NCBI GenBank assembly: GCA_963745835.1
Contig: CAVUZH010000018.1
Coordinates: 352,001 to 416,000, forward strand
Source: an uncultured delta proteobacterium
GTDB lineage: Bacteria > Desulfobacterota > Binatia > UBA9968
Direction of reading: 5' to 3'
DNA: 64,000 nucleotides
Each line of letters begins with the position of its first letter. The stretch's first letter is position 1. Below, piece by piece: positions 10,412 to 21,328 of the stretch. Below the pieces are notes generated by a model, which worked only from the letters and a program-made list of their open reading frames with translations, was not told where the DNA came from and ran no database searches. Both the position numbers and the translations under genes were made by a program.

Positions 10412-11881
10412 GTGGCTGATACAAGCTTACGGCGCCTTATGTTCATAGTTTTCCTTTTGATGGGCGCGATTGCTGCGGCTGCGCCTCTCACGAAAGACGC
10501 TGCGGCGGCTACCGCGTTGAAGCTTGAAACCCAAGCCATGAAAGGCGACTGGGATAAGATCTTTGAACGCGGAACTATCCGCGTTGTGTTGCCCTATAGC
10601 CGAAGCTTGTTTTTCAACGATCGTGGCACCCAGATGGGACTTGGCGCAGACGGTATCCGTGAGCTCGATGGATGGCTCAAGAAAAAATACCGGACACGCG
10701 CCCGTCCTATCACCGTGCTTGCAATGCCGACTACTCGCGACGAATTACTTGCCAATCTGCGTAACGGCCATGCGGAGATTGCTATCGGCAACCTGACGAT
10801 TACCGCGGAACGACAGAAAAATTTCGACTTTACCTTGCCGGTATGGGACAACGTCTCCGAAATTGTCGTGATGAAGAAGGGGGCGCCGGCACTGGCAAAT
10901 CTCGACGAGCTTGCCGGAGTAGAAGTCCATGTGCGCAAGACCAGCAGCTATTACGAGAGCCTACGCAAGCTAAATGAGCGCTTCCGCCAGGCCGGCAGAC
11001 CGCAGATGAAGTTGACCCTCGTGCCCGACGAGCTCGAAGACGAGGATATGATGGAGATGGTCTCTGCGGGCTTGCTGCGCGTTATCGTCGTTGACGATTG
11101 GAAAGCCAAACTCTGGGCGGGGATCTTGCCCAATATTCAGCTTCGCCCTGAGCTGGCGCTGCGCACGGGCGCGAAGATCGGCTGGGCGATTCGCAAAGAT
11201 ACACCGAAGCTCAAGGCTGTGCTTAACGAGTTTATCACCGAGCACCTCAAAGGCACGAAGATGGCGGCCATCGAACTCGCAACCTATCAACGGCGCTTCA
11301 AAGCGCTGCACAATGCGACAGTCGCTCATGAGTGGAAGAAATTTGAAAATACGATCGCATTTTTTGAAAAGTATGGAGAGCAGTATGGTTTCGATCACCT
11401 GATGCTGGCGGCGCAAGGCTATCAGGAGTCACGGCTCAATCAGTCGGCGCGCAGCCGTACAGGGGCAATTGGTATTATGCAGATAATGCCCAAGACCGGT
11501 AAAGAGCTCGGCGTCGGCGACATTAACAAAGCCGAAGCCAACGTGCACGGCGGTACGAAATATATGCGGATTTTATTCGATCGTCATTTCAAGGACGCCA
11601 ACTTCGACGAGCAAAACCGCACGCTCTTCGCTTTTGCAAGTTACAACGCCGGACCGAGCCGCATTGCAAAGATTCGTACCGAGGCCAAGGATCAAGGACT
11701 GAACCCAAACAAATGGTTCAACAACGTCGAAATCGTCGCTTCAAAACGCATCGGTCAGGAAACCGTGCACTACGTCCGGAATATTTACAAATACTATACG
11801 GCGTACCGTCTGCAGCTCGACGCGGTGGAGGCTCAACGTCTCGCAAAGCAGCGCATCGAGGCTAATACCGCAACAAAGTGA
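10412..11881 (+). CDS. MltF-like lytic transglycosylase (SBP_bac_3 + SLT domains)
   Basis: Periplasmic-binding domain then SLT motifs YQESRL, GAIGIMQIMP, ASYNAG, ETVHYV; start uncertain (ORF open from 10298). Confidence 0.87.
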   Translation: MADTSLRRLMFIVFLLMGAIAAAAPLTKDAAAATALKLETQAMKGDWDKIFERGTIRVVLPYSRSLFFNDRGTQMGLGADGIRELDGWLKKKYRTRARPITVLAMPTTRDELLANLRNGHAEIAIGNLTITAERQKNFDFTLPVWDNVSEIVVMKKGAPALANLDELAGVEVHVRKTSSYYESLRKLNERFRQAGRPQMKLTLVPDELEDEDMMEMVSAGLLRVIVVDDWKAKLWAGILPNIQLRPELALRTGAKIGWAIRKDTPKLKAVLNEFITEHLKGTKMAAIELATYQRRFKALHNATVAHEWKKFENTIAFFEKYGEQYGFDHLMLAAQGYQESRLNQSARSRTGAIGIMQIMPKTGKELGVGDINKAEANVHGGTKYMRILFDRHFKDANFDEQNRTLFAFASYNAGPSRIAKIRTEAKDQGLNPNKWFNNVEIVASKRIGQETVHYVRNIYKYYTAYRLQLDAVEAQRLAKQRIEANTATK

Positions 11882-12450
11882 TTTTACCGACTGGTTTGCA
11901 GTGCCGCGGGGGACCATTGCGGTTCTGAGACAAGCTTACTGCTTCGTTGTGCTTGGCGTGATTGCCGTTGGCTGCACCCGTCACGACAATCGCTGCGGAT
12001 TATTGGGTTAAAGCGTGAAACCCAAAACCTGCGCACAAAGATATGCGAATGTAGCTTGATCGTTCTTTCAAGAGCCGAAGAGAACTCCGGGTCGAAAAGT
12101 CCGGCGTTGGAGCTAGAGAGGTTTGTCTAGAGACCTTAACAAGCTTTTCACAGTGACTCGATTCTTCCGGTACTCTGATGGATGTTTATCGTCGATGTTC
12201 CCGGTGACCACACGCGCGACTCTCTGATGCTGGCTCGCCGACTTCTTTTGCACTTAACCCAAGTTTCTTTGCTTGTTCGAAGCATGAGTGGCATACGATC
12301 ATGTCAAGCAGGGATTGCGCCGGTCGCCAAGTTTAAACACACTGTTAAATTAGCTCGTCCGATGGATTTGGCTTGTCATTTGCCATTTGCCTGGGCTAGC
12401 GTCCACTAGTTACCTTTGTTGAAATCATTGAGATTTAAACCGGAGATACA

Positions 12451-14503
12451 GTGTCTCAATCCGCGCTGGTTTCGCCGTACGCGTTAGACGAAGGCATCCG
12501 GGGAGTTTCCTTCCCGCTGCAGCATGTCTTCTACATGCTTTTGCTCTGTGCCGGATACTACGGCGGCGCCTTAATCGGCCAATCCCTTAGATTTCCTGAT
12601 TCTCATCTGTCGCTGATCTGGCCGCCCACGGCCATCGTACTGGCGGCGTTGCTGCTCGCTCCTTCCAGACGATGGTGGGTAATTTTGCTTGTCGTCGCCC
12701 CGGTGCATATCATCGTACAACTTAACGACGGCGTGCCGCTGCCGGGAATTTTCAGTCAACTCATTGGCAACTTCGGTCAGGCGCTCTTGGCGGCGATCAG
12801 CGTCCGCTACTTCGTCAAGGGTCGGTTACAGCTCGATACGTTTTCGGACGCTTATCATTTTTGTTCTTGGCGCGGTGATTCTCGCGCCTGTTCTTATATC
12901 CAGTATTGCCGCCTATCTTTATGTGTTGAGCGGCTGGGAGCACGAATATTGGTACGTATGGCGCGCGCGGGTTTTATCGAACGCGCTGTCCACCCTAACG
13001 ATTATTCCGCCGATTTTGATGGTTTTCGGCGGAGAATCTGCGAAGCCTTCCTGCCCTTCTAGATGGCGTAATGTCGAGTTGGGTCTGCTCGCCGCCGGTC
13101 TCATACTCGCCGGCTCTACTGCATTTGGTCACCAAGCCGCAGTTCCGGCATTACTCTACGCACCGGTCCCCTTTCTGTTGTTGGCGGCTGTACGTTTTGA
13201 AGTAGGGGTTCTTTCTCTCTCTTTCCTCTTGACCGCTTACCTTGCTTTCTTGAGCACCTCGAACGGTTGGGGTCCGTTCGTAACTCAATCAGCGGCCGAG
13301 AACGCGCTGTCGCTGCAGTTATTCTTGATTACGGTTTTTCTTCCGCTCATGTTCCTCTCGGCCTTGAGCAGCGAGAGGCGAGACAGAGAAGACGCTTTAC
13401 GCGACAGCGAGGCGCGCTACCGGGCGTTGGTGATGGCCAGCGCGAATATGGTCTGGCGCGCAGATACAGAGGGCGAGGGGTTCTTGGTGTGCCCGCGATG
13501 GCAAGAACTCACTGGGCAGAGCGAAGATGACGCGAACAACTTTGGTTGGCTTTCGGCTCTTCATCCGAAGGATCAAGAGCGCAGCGCTCAATTGTGGAAA
13601 CAGGCAATGGCGCATAAACGAATGTACGAGGACGAGTTTCAAATATGCACTCACGATCAGAGCTTTCGGCATCTTCATGTTCAGGCGGTGCCGATCATCG
13701 CGCCCGACGGTGCTGTGCACGAATGGATCGGAGCGGCGGTCGATATTACCCAAGAGAAAGAGATTGCGTCGACGGTTCAGCGACAACGCGACGAACTCGC
13801 GCATGTAGTGCGAATCAATACGATCGGCGAACTGGCGGCGTCTCTGGCGCATGAATTGAACCAACCGCTCACGGCAATTCTTAGTAATGCGCAAGCCGCG
13901 CAGCGTTTCCTTACTGCGGATCCGACTAGCCTAGGAGAAGTCCGCGCCATTCTTCAGGACATCGTCAACGACGATAAGCGGGCGGGCGAAGTAATCCGCC
14001 GAGTGCGAGAGCTGGTGAAAAAAGGGAATTTCGAGATCGCGCCGCTGGATCTTGAAGCGATTCTGCGCGAGGTGGTTATGCTCATGCACAGCGATGCCAT
14101 CCTGCACAATGTCGATATTGTGCTCCAAGTGGATCCACGCGCGCGAAGAATTTATGGTGACAAGGTCCAGTTGCAACAGGTCTTGTTGAACTTGTTTCTC
14201 AACGCCTTTCACGCTATGAAAGTTTGCCCGATGAACGAGCGCCAGGTAACAGTGAGGACCGAACCGAGTAAAGATCATAAGGTGATGATCGCAGTGCGCG
14301 ACTGCGGCGAAGGGCTGAAGAGCGAGCAGCTCGATAAAATTTTTCAGCCATTTTATACGACCAAAGATAATGGTCTCGGCCTCGGACTCGCTATCAGTCA
14401 TTCGATCGTCGAAGCCCACGGCGGCAGACTATGGGCGCAGAACAACCCCGAACGTGGTGCGACGATTTGCTTCACCGTGCCGTTATGCGAGGAAGGAATG
14501 TGA
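12451..14503 (+). CDS. MASE1-PAS sensor histidine kinase (FixL/NodV-like), one frameshift at ~12843
   Basis: Two overlapping ORFs join if one T is removed from TTTT 12841-44; H-box GELAASLAHELNQPL, QVLLNL, GLGLGL. Confidence 0.88.
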
Positions 14504-14505
14504 TC

Positions 14506-15195
14506 ATGAAACCCATCAATTCTTCTATTTTAGCGATCGACAAAAATGCCGTTTCGAGCGCCGCGCTTCCCGCAACACCCGACGTTTTTTTGGTCGACGA
14601 CGACCCTTCTGTGCGACGAGCCTTGGCGCGTCTCATCAAGTCTGCGGGGCACCAGGTACAAACCTTCGCATCGGCGCGGGAGTTCCTCCAGACGGGAGCC
14701 GCCGCTCAAGAAGCAGCCTGCCTGGTGCTCGACGTGCGAATGCCGGGTCTCACCGGCATAGAGCTGCAGCGGCAATTACAGATTTTGAACCGCAATGTTC
14801 CGATTGTTTTTATGACCGGCCACGGCAACATTCCGATGAGCGTGCAAGCCATGAAGGCCGGCGCCGTGGATTTCCTGCCGAAACCGGTGAAGGACACGGA
14901 CCTTTTGCGGGCCATCGAACAGGCTCTCGCCCGCGCGGTTCATGATCGCGCCGAACGGAATGAACTTGAAGATGTCCGAGAGCGGGTGGAAAGATTGACT
15001 CCGCGCGAGCGCGAAGTGATGGTTCTCGTTGTCAGGGGATTGTTGAACAAACAAATCGCTTTCGAACTCGGCACGGTGGAAAAAACCATCAAAGTTCATC
15101 GCGCGAGGGTGATGGAAAAAATGCAGGTGGATTCGCTCGCCGACCTAGTGCGCCTCGCAGAGAAGATTGGGATACGAAGAGATAGGAGTTCCTGA
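14506..15195 (+). CDS. FixJ-family response regulator (REC + LuxR HTH)
   Basis: VDDD, LDVRMPG, FMTGHG, FLPKP, LTPREREV...NKQIA.ELG..EKTIKVHRARVMEKM. Confidence 0.93.
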   Translation: MKPINSSILAIDKNAVSSAALPATPDVFLVDDDPSVRRALARLIKSAGHQVQTFASAREFLQTGAAAQEAACLVLDVRMPGLTGIELQRQLQILNRNVPIVFMTGHGNIPMSVQAMKAGAVDFLPKPVKDTDLLRAIEQALARAVHDRAERNELEDVRERVERLTPREREVMVLVVRGLLNKQIAFELGTVEKTIKVHRARVMEKMQVDSLADLVRLAEKIGIRRDRSS

Positions 15196-15342
15196 ACAGT
15201 GAAGCCTTAGCGCAGCCATCGTAGTCCTCGATCTCCACCTTGCTTCCATCAGTTCACAGGCATTGAGCTCTCCTTCGAGACCGCATAGAACACTCGATCC
15301 TTCACCTCACTACTCTTCCACTCTCCATCCACCCGCCGAGGC

Positions 15343-15360
15343 ATTGGACTAAGGTCCAAT
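15343..15360 (+). promoter_or_regulatory. Palindromic regulator box 1 (ATTGGACTAAGGTCCAAT)
   Basis: One of 8 copies; -10-like TAGAAT at 15383-88. Confidence 0.8.
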
Positions 15361-15401
15361 ATACGGCTCTCTTTACCTTTAATAGAATTCACTCCGTACA
15401 A

Positions 15402-15554
15402 GTAATCCTTATCACCGCTTACGACGAACCGAGCGCATCCTAGCGGGCTCTGGTAAGCGGAGCCATAGCTTTCTTGCGCCCAGCCTTCAACAATGAATTG
15501 CTCATGGAGGCCCGGCGCAGAGCCTTCAACGCGGTGGACAAGAGGGTGAAGTGA
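15402..15554 (+). pseudogene. Decayed single-domain response regulator (C-terminal half)
   Basis: Manual translation VILITAYDEPSAS*RALVSGAIAFLRPAFNNELLMEARRRA aligns with LIFITAHDQVGVREKALAAGAVAFLRKPIGDELLIETLREA of 45384-45812; internal TAG at 15441, 5' half missing. Confidence 0.75.
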
Positions 15555-15776
15555 ATGCCGGATCCTTTCGGTTGATTGAGTGGCGCCTGCACGCCCGTAT
15601 ACAGAAGAAAGAATTCCAACTATCAAAGCCGAAGCTCGAAGTCTTCAATGTAGAGAATCACAACTTCTAAACAGACTTGTATTTAGAAGTTGGCGATGCC
15701 ATGCGAATTTAAACTTCAGAAGTGGTTTCGACTGTCGAGCTTGAAATTCCCGGTTTACATTACGAGGAGCTATTCA

Positions 15777-17459
15777 ATGACAGATTGCATGAATTTGTTT
15801 CAACATCGGGCAGTTAGTCTATCATGGCTGGTATTCGTCCTCGCGATCTTGGTTTTTCAGCCGGTGATCGCGTTGGCCGCTCAGCCCGCCTACGAGCCGC
15901 CCACAACGCTAAGCGCATCGAAGATCCTACCGCCCGATCTTCTAGCTGGTCCGAACCACCGGGTGGAAGAGAAAGTCTCCAACGATGGTTATCTCAATAC
16001 TTACCGAGTGGGGTCGAAATTCGGCACCTTTGCCGTCCTATCAACGCCTATGCTGAGAAAGCGCATCGGCGAAATCAACGCGCTCGTGCGGATGGAGCAG
16101 ATCGAAGGTACCAAGGAATTCACGTCATCGCTCAAAGAAGCCGGGACAGACACCTTAGTGGGTTTCAAGAATCTTGTCACCCAGCCGGTGGATACGGTTA
16201 AAGGCGCGGCTTCGGGAATAGGCGCCGCATTTCAAAGGGCGGGCGACGCGCTTACGGGACCCACGCGCAGCGAGGCGGAGGATAACCGAGTCAAAGATCT
16301 GATCGGTTTCTCCAAAACCAAGCGGGAGTACGCCTATAACCTCGGGGTCGATGCCTATAGCGATAACCAAAAACTCCAAGACCGGCTCGACGAAATTGCT
16401 TGGGCCGGCTACGCCGGCGGGATGACCTGGGCGGCGGCGATGGCCGCGGTGCCGGGGGGCGCCGGCTTGGCGATCACGATCTCGGGAACTAACCACCTGT
16501 TAAACGAGGTTTTTCGCACTACGCCGCCAGTCGAGCTGCGCCGAATGAATGCGGAAAAACTCAAGGCGATGCAGGTGCATCCTGAAGTCGCCGAGGCGTT
16601 CCTAAACAATTCGTTATACTCGCCGCGCCATCAAACGCTCCTAGTCCACGCTTTGGACGAGATGAAGGGCGTAGGCAACCGTGCGACGTTCGTTCGACTC
16701 GCCGCCGCTAGCCCCAACAAAGACCTCGCTTTTTTCCGTGAACGGCAGGCCGAAATGTATGCGGGCTACCACAAGGCGGTCGCGCCAGTGGAAACCTTTG
16801 TCGCGCTGGGCGAATTTGCCGCGGTACGAACCAAGGCCAACGAAATTGTTTTTAATGTGCCGCTGGATCATCTCCTTTGGACTGAAGCGATGGCGAAGTT
16901 GTTGACCGCTGCCGATGCCCGTGTGACTCAATCGAGCCGGCCGGCCAATAAGCAATTATGGGTCACCGGCACCGTCAGCGCCCGGGCCAAGAAGGAAATC
17001 GAAACTCGGGGCTGGCGGATCCAAGAGCGAACTGAGGAGCGGTTGCTCAGCTGGAGCCAAAATTATCCTAAATACGAAAAGTCGGACGATAGAGTGCCGT
17101 CGGGTTTAGTCAAGCTGAACTTAAAGTCTGTCGGAGCTGTCGTTGGCAGCAGTTCCGGCGACGGCGTTCTCAGCTATCAAGGAAAGGATTACCCATTCAC
17201 GATTTCAGGGTATAGCTTGGGCGATGTCGGTGCATCCAACTTCGAAGGTGCCGGCAAGGTTTATGATCTTAAAAGCTTGAATGACTTTTCCGGCAACTAT
17301 GCAGCTGCCCAGGCAGCTTTTGCCGTTGGAGGGGGTCAAAGCGCACTATCCATGAGCAACAGCAAGGGTGTGACGGTCATCGTCCTCGCGAACCAAGGCA
17401 AAGAGTCCGGAACACGCCTGAGTCTCGGTCCGTCCGGCGTCACTTTCAAGCTCAAATAG
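15777..17459 (+). CDS. Secreted hypothetical protein with C-terminal DUF1134/EipA-like beta domain
   Basis: Signal peptide, RBS GAGGAG; C-terminal G.G.L.YQGKDYPF...G.VYDLKSL.DFSG.Y domain paralogous to 50575-51030. Confidence 0.72.
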   Translation: MTDCMNLFQHRAVSLSWLVFVLAILVFQPVIALAAQPAYEPPTTLSASKILPPDLLAGPNHRVEEKVSNDGYLNTYRVGSKFGTFAVLSTPMLRKRIGEINALVRMEQIEGTKEFTSSLKEAGTDTLVGFKNLVTQPVDTVKGAASGIGAAFQRAGDALTGPTRSEAEDNRVKDLIGFSKTKREYAYNLGVDAYSDNQKLQDRLDEIAWAGYAGGMTWAAAMAAVPGGAGLAITISGTNHLLNEVFRTTPPVELRRMNAEKLKAMQVHPEVAEAFLNNSLYSPRHQTLLVHALDEMKGVGNRATFVRLAAASPNKDLAFFRERQAEMYAGYHKAVAPVETFVALGEFAAVRTKANEIVFNVPLDHLLWTEAMAKLLTAADARVTQSSRPANKQLWVTGTVSARAKKEIETRGWRIQERTEERLLSWSQNYPKYEKSDDRVPSGLVKLNLKSVGAVVGSSSGDGVLSYQGKDYPFTISGYSLGDVGASNFEGAGKVYDLKSLNDFSGNYAAAQAAFAVGGGQSALSMSNSKGVTVIVLANQGKESGTRLSLGPSGVTFKLK

Positions 17460-17510
17460 AAGCCAGCGCCCGAAGATAAGCGATCGAAACGCCGTAAGAC
17501 GAGAACGCCG

Positions 17511-18644
17511 ATGGAAACAGAAGGTCAGATTTCTTTTCGGCGCGAAGATGCTACGACATTGCGGGTGCGCTTTTCGGGCACGTGGCGGTTGCGCCGTGGA
17601 TTGCCCACCGCCGCATTACTCGAGCGCGAGCTAAAATCATCCGGCAATGTGCGGGGCATTACTTTTGACGCCGATGAGCTGGCTTTCTGGGACAGCAGTG
17701 TTCTAACTTTTCTGGTTGAGGTCTCGGAACTCTGCCGCCGCCGCGGCGTCCACATGGACCGTACAGGACTGCCTGCCGGTGTGCGGCGGCTCTTGGATTT
17801 GGCCGAGGCGGTGCCGGAGAAAAAAGGCGCGCGCAAGGAGACGGCCGAAACGCCTTTTCTTGAACGGCTCGGCAACACTGCGATCGGCTACGGCACTTCT
17901 CTCGGAGAGATGCTGAGATTTCTCGGCGAGATGACCCTCACCTTTGGTCGGCTGTTCCGCATGAAGGCAAGGTTTCGCGCGATTGATCTTCTTCTGTTAA
18001 TCCAGCAGTGCGGCGCTCAGGCGCTGCCGATCGTTACGCTAATCAGCTTTTTGGTCGGTGTGATTCTGGCGTTTGTCGGCGCGATCCAACTAAAACAATT
18101 CGGCGCGCAGATCTATGTTGCGGATCTAGTTGGTATCGCGATGATTCGCGAGATGGGCGCGATGATGACCGGCATTATCATGGCGGGCCGGACCGGCGCA
18201 GCGTTCGCCGCGCAGCTCGGGACGATGAAAGTCACTCAGGAAATCGACGCCTTTACCACCATGGGCTTTTCGCCGTTGGAGTTTCTCGTGTTGCCGCGCG
18301 TCGTCGCGCTGGTCTTGATGATGCCTTTGTTATGCCTTTACTCCGACTTCGTCGGCATTTTGGGAGGCGCTGCGGTTGGTTTGGGCATGCTCGACCTCTC
18401 CTGGACCACCTATTTTCGGGAAACCGCGAACGCCATCAGATTGACGGACGTTTTCGGCGGCGTTTTCAAAAGTTCGGTATACGGCGTGCTGATCGCCCTA
18501 TCCGGCTGTTTGCGGGGCATTCAATGCGGCAATAGTTCCTCGGCTGTCGGCGATGCGGCAACGTCCGCCGTGGTCACGGGCATCGTTGCGATCGTGGTCG
18601 CTTGCGGGATTTTTGCCGTGGTGTTCTACGTGCTGGGAATCTGA
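17511..18644 (+). CDS. mlaE: MlaE-family ABC permease with N-terminal STAS-like domain
   Basis: REMGAMMTGIIMAGRTGAAFAAQLGTMKVTQEIDA; VGDAATSAVV. Confidence 0.9.
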   Translation: METEGQISFRREDATTLRVRFSGTWRLRRGLPTAALLERELKSSGNVRGITFDADELAFWDSSVLTFLVEVSELCRRRGVHMDRTGLPAGVRRLLDLAEAVPEKKGARKETAETPFLERLGNTAIGYGTSLGEMLRFLGEMTLTFGRLFRMKARFRAIDLLLLIQQCGAQALPIVTLISFLVGVILAFVGAIQLKQFGAQIYVADLVGIAMIREMGAMMTGIIMAGRTGAAFAAQLGTMKVTQEIDAFTTMGFSPLEFLVLPRVVALVLMMPLLCLYSDFVGILGGAAVGLGMLDLSWTTYFRETANAIRLTDVFGGVFKSSVYGVLIALSGCLRGIQCGNSSSAVGDAATSAVVTGIVAIVVACGIFAVVFYVLGI

Positions 18645-18674
18645 GTTGACGCCTAACCAAAAAGGAATAAGGCG

Positions 18675-18818
18675 AAAACTCGAAATTCGAAATCCGAAAT
18701 TCGAGACAAATCAAATGATCAAAAAGCAAAATTCCAAACAAGCTATTTATGGAATCCGGATTTTTGGATTCGAGTGTTTCCGTTTGTTTCGGATTTCGAG
18801 CTTCGGATTTCGGATTTT
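18675..18818. repeat. Imperfect inverted repeat built from CGAAAT(T/C) heptamers
   Basis: Left aaaactcgaaattcgaaatccgaaattcgagacaaa pairs with right tttgtttcggatttcgagcttcggatttcggatttt; AT-rich insert between mlaE and mlaF. Confidence 0.75.
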
Positions 18819-18835
18819 AAATCGAGATTAATGGT

Positions 18836-19621
18836 ATGGCCGCCGGATTTGGGAACGAAAACGGAACCAAGGCGCATATCACCGTGCGCAATCTGACAAT
18901 GGCTTACGGGACTTTTGTTCTGATGCGTGATCTCACCTTCACCATCAATCACGGCGATGTCTTCATCATCATGGGCGGCAGCGGTAGCGGTAAGAGCACG
19001 TTGCTGCGACATATGATCGGCCTTAACGAACCGGCCAAGGGAGAAATTTTCTATGGCAGTGAAAACTTCACTAAAGCCGATCCGGCAAAAAGGCTGGAAA
19101 TGGTCAGACGTATGGGCGTGCTGTTTCAGAGCGGCGGACTGTGGAGCTCGATGACTTTAGCAGAAAACGTCGGTTTGGCGCTCGGCGAGTATACCGACTT
19201 GAGTCCGCAAGAAATCCGCGAGGTCGCCTCACTGAAACTAGCTCTGGTCGGCTTGAAGGGGTTCGAAGACTACTATCCAAGCCAGATCAGCGGCGGTATG
19301 CAGAAGCGCGCCGGCTTGGCCCGCGCAATGGCGATGGATCCGGAAATCCTGTTCTTCGACGAGCCCTCCGCGGGTCTCGATCCGATCAGCTCGCGGTTGC
19401 TCGACGACTTGATTCTGGAGCTGCGCGACAGTTTGGGTGCGACGGTTGTCGTGGTTACCCACGAGCTGGCAAGCATATTTACCATCGGCAACAACAGTGT
19501 ATTCCTCGACACTGAAACCAGGACGATAATCGCGGGCGGTGATCCGAAGGAACTGCTAGCTCATTCGCCAAATCCGACGGTGCATCGCTTCCTCACCCGC
19601 GCAGAAGAGGAAAGAGTATGA
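18836..19621 (+). CDS. mlaF: MlaF-family ABC ATP-binding protein
   Basis: Walker A GGSGSGKS, signature ISGGMQKR, FFDEPSAGLDP, VTHEL. Confidence 0.92.
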   Translation: MAAGFGNENGTKAHITVRNLTMAYGTFVLMRDLTFTINHGDVFIIMGGSGSGKSTLLRHMIGLNEPAKGEIFYGSENFTKADPAKRLEMVRRMGVLFQSGGLWSSMTLAENVGLALGEYTDLSPQEIREVASLKLALVGLKGFEDYYPSQISGGMQKRAGLARAMAMDPEILFFDEPSAGLDPISSRLLDDLILELRDSLGATVVVVTHELASIFTIGNNSVFLDTETRTIIAGGDPKELLAHSPNPTVHRFLTRAEEERV

Positions 19622-20628
19622 AGAAAAAGATCAGCCCGACCCTGATTGGCGGCTTTGTCATTGGCGCGCTGGTTTTATTGGTGATCGCCGTCATCGCCTT
19701 CGGCTCCGGACAGCTTTTTCGCAAGACTCGAGAATTCGTGCTCTATTTCGATAGTTCCGTCAACGGCCTGCGCATCGGGGCGCCGGTAAAGGTGAGGGGC
19801 GTGGAAATCGGCGCCGTGAAAGACATTCGCTTCCAGCTCGACGAGGATACCCAGGTCAACAAAATTCCAGTAATCATCGAGATCGACCTGGAAAAGTTGA
19901 CATCGCGGGGAGCCACCGCGGCTGCCGCAGAGGATCTCGATTCTTTTCGCAAATTCATTGCTGAACGCGGCCTTCGCGGACAGCTCATGACCGAAAGCCT
20001 GTTGACAGGATTGCTCTACGTCGGGCTCGACTTTTTTCCGGAGGCTCCGATCAATCTCGTGCAGAAAACAGACCGCCACCACAAATATCCGGAAATTCCA
20101 ACAATGCCTAGCTACCTTGAGCAGGCTCAGGATACGGCAAGCAAAATACTCTCGAAACTGGAGGAGGTCGATTTCAAGGGAATGATGGATTCCGCGAAGA
20201 ACGCCGTGGACGGAATTTCCCGGCTGGTCAACTCGCCCTCTATTCAATCCTCGCTCAAAAGTTTGGAGCGGACCATGCCGAAGATAGATGAGGCAGTGGT
20301 CGGAATCCACAAACTGACAACCAACCTGGATGGGAATATCACCCAACTCTCAGCAAATCTTCAACAAAGCTCTGACGCGGCCCGCGACGCAATGAAACAA
20401 GCTGCCTTGGCGATGCAGCAAGCAGATGCATCGCTCAAAGAAGCCGAAGCAGCGATGACGAACATTCGCGGTATTACCGATCCGGATTCTGCGCCTTTCT
20501 ATGAGCTAAGCAGAAGCCTGCGAGAAGTTTCGGCCGCTGCCCGTTCTCTGCGTCTACTGTCCAATTATGTTGAACGGAATCCCAGAGCCCTCATCTTCGG
20601 TAAACCGGATCGTGGAGAGGGACGATGA
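19618..20628 (+). CDS. MCE/MlaD (PqiB-like) protein
   Basis: N-terminal TM, SVNGLRIGAPVKVRGVEIGAV MCE motif, helical tail ending ERNPRALIFG. Confidence 0.88.
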   Translation: MKKKISPTLIGGFVIGALVLLVIAVIAFGSGQLFRKTREFVLYFDSSVNGLRIGAPVKVRGVEIGAVKDIRFQLDEDTQVNKIPVIIEIDLEKLTSRGATAAAAEDLDSFRKFIAERGLRGQLMTESLLTGLLYVGLDFFPEAPINLVQKTDRHHKYPEIPTMPSYLEQAQDTASKILSKLEEVDFKGMMDSAKNAVDGISRLVNSPSIQSSLKSLERTMPKIDEAVVGIHKLTTNLDGNITQLSANLQQSSDAARDAMKQAALAMQQADASLKEAEAAMTNIRGITDPDSAPFYELSRSLREVSAAARSLRLLSNYVERNPRALIFGKPDRGEGR

Positions 20629-21257
20629 AGCGATGGATCAAGACGGTCATGAAGGTTGGACTCATCGCTCTGTCACTTGCGGCTTGTGGGACGTTTTCGC
20701 CCAGGCCCGACCCCTCCAGGTTTTTCACGCTTTCGTCGCTGCCTCAGGTGGAACAAGGGTCGCTGAGAAACTCAACCAGACCGGAGAAGATGTTTCTCGG
20801 GATTGGCCCGATCAGATTTCCCGGCTATCTCGATCGACAAGAAATAGTTGTCCGCAGCGCGCAGAATAGATTTGATGTCTCTGAGACCGATCGCTGGGCG
20901 GAACCGCTGCAGGAAAATTTCTCGCGAGTTTTAGCGGAAAATCTTGCGCTGCTCCTGAACACGGATCTGATTATAATTTACCCGTGGTCGCCCACCCAGC
21001 GGCCGCGTTATCAAGTCGAGATCGATGTGCTGCGTCTCGAGACTAACAGCGAACTTAATGGTCAATTATTTGCACGCTGGTCAGTCGTCGCTGGCGCAGA
21101 CAAGAAAGTGGCTGTCGTCAAAGAGTCGCGCATCATCCGGAATGCCAAAGAAAAGTCGACCGATGGTTCCGTCGCCGCTCTGAGCGAGGCTGTCGGAGAT
21201 TTTAGTCGCGAAATTGCCGAGACCGTGAGCGCGATCGACAGAAAGAATGAGCGGTAG
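20625..21257 (+). CDS. PqiC-like ABC auxiliary lipoprotein
   Basis: Lipobox LAAC; PGYLDRQEIV...RWAEPL motif. Confidence 0.85.
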   Translation: MKRWIKTVMKVGLIALSLAACGTFSPRPDPSRFFTLSSLPQVEQGSLRNSTRPEKMFLGIGPIRFPGYLDRQEIVVRSAQNRFDVSETDRWAEPLQENFSRVLAENLALLLNTDLIIIYPWSPTQRPRYQVEIDVLRLETNSELNGQLFARWSVVAGADKKVAVVKESRIIRNAKEKSTDGSVAALSEAVGDFSREIAETVSAIDRKNER

Positions 21258-21328
21258 TGGAACATCACCCTGGCTCTGGTATGCTACGCTTCTCTCGCGG
21301 GCTGCAGCGCCGCTAACTGTCGGGAGGT

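Noticed and set aside
15249-15626. 125-aa minus-strand ORF
   Set aside because: Antisense shadow of the receiver pseudogene; overlaps the regulatory box
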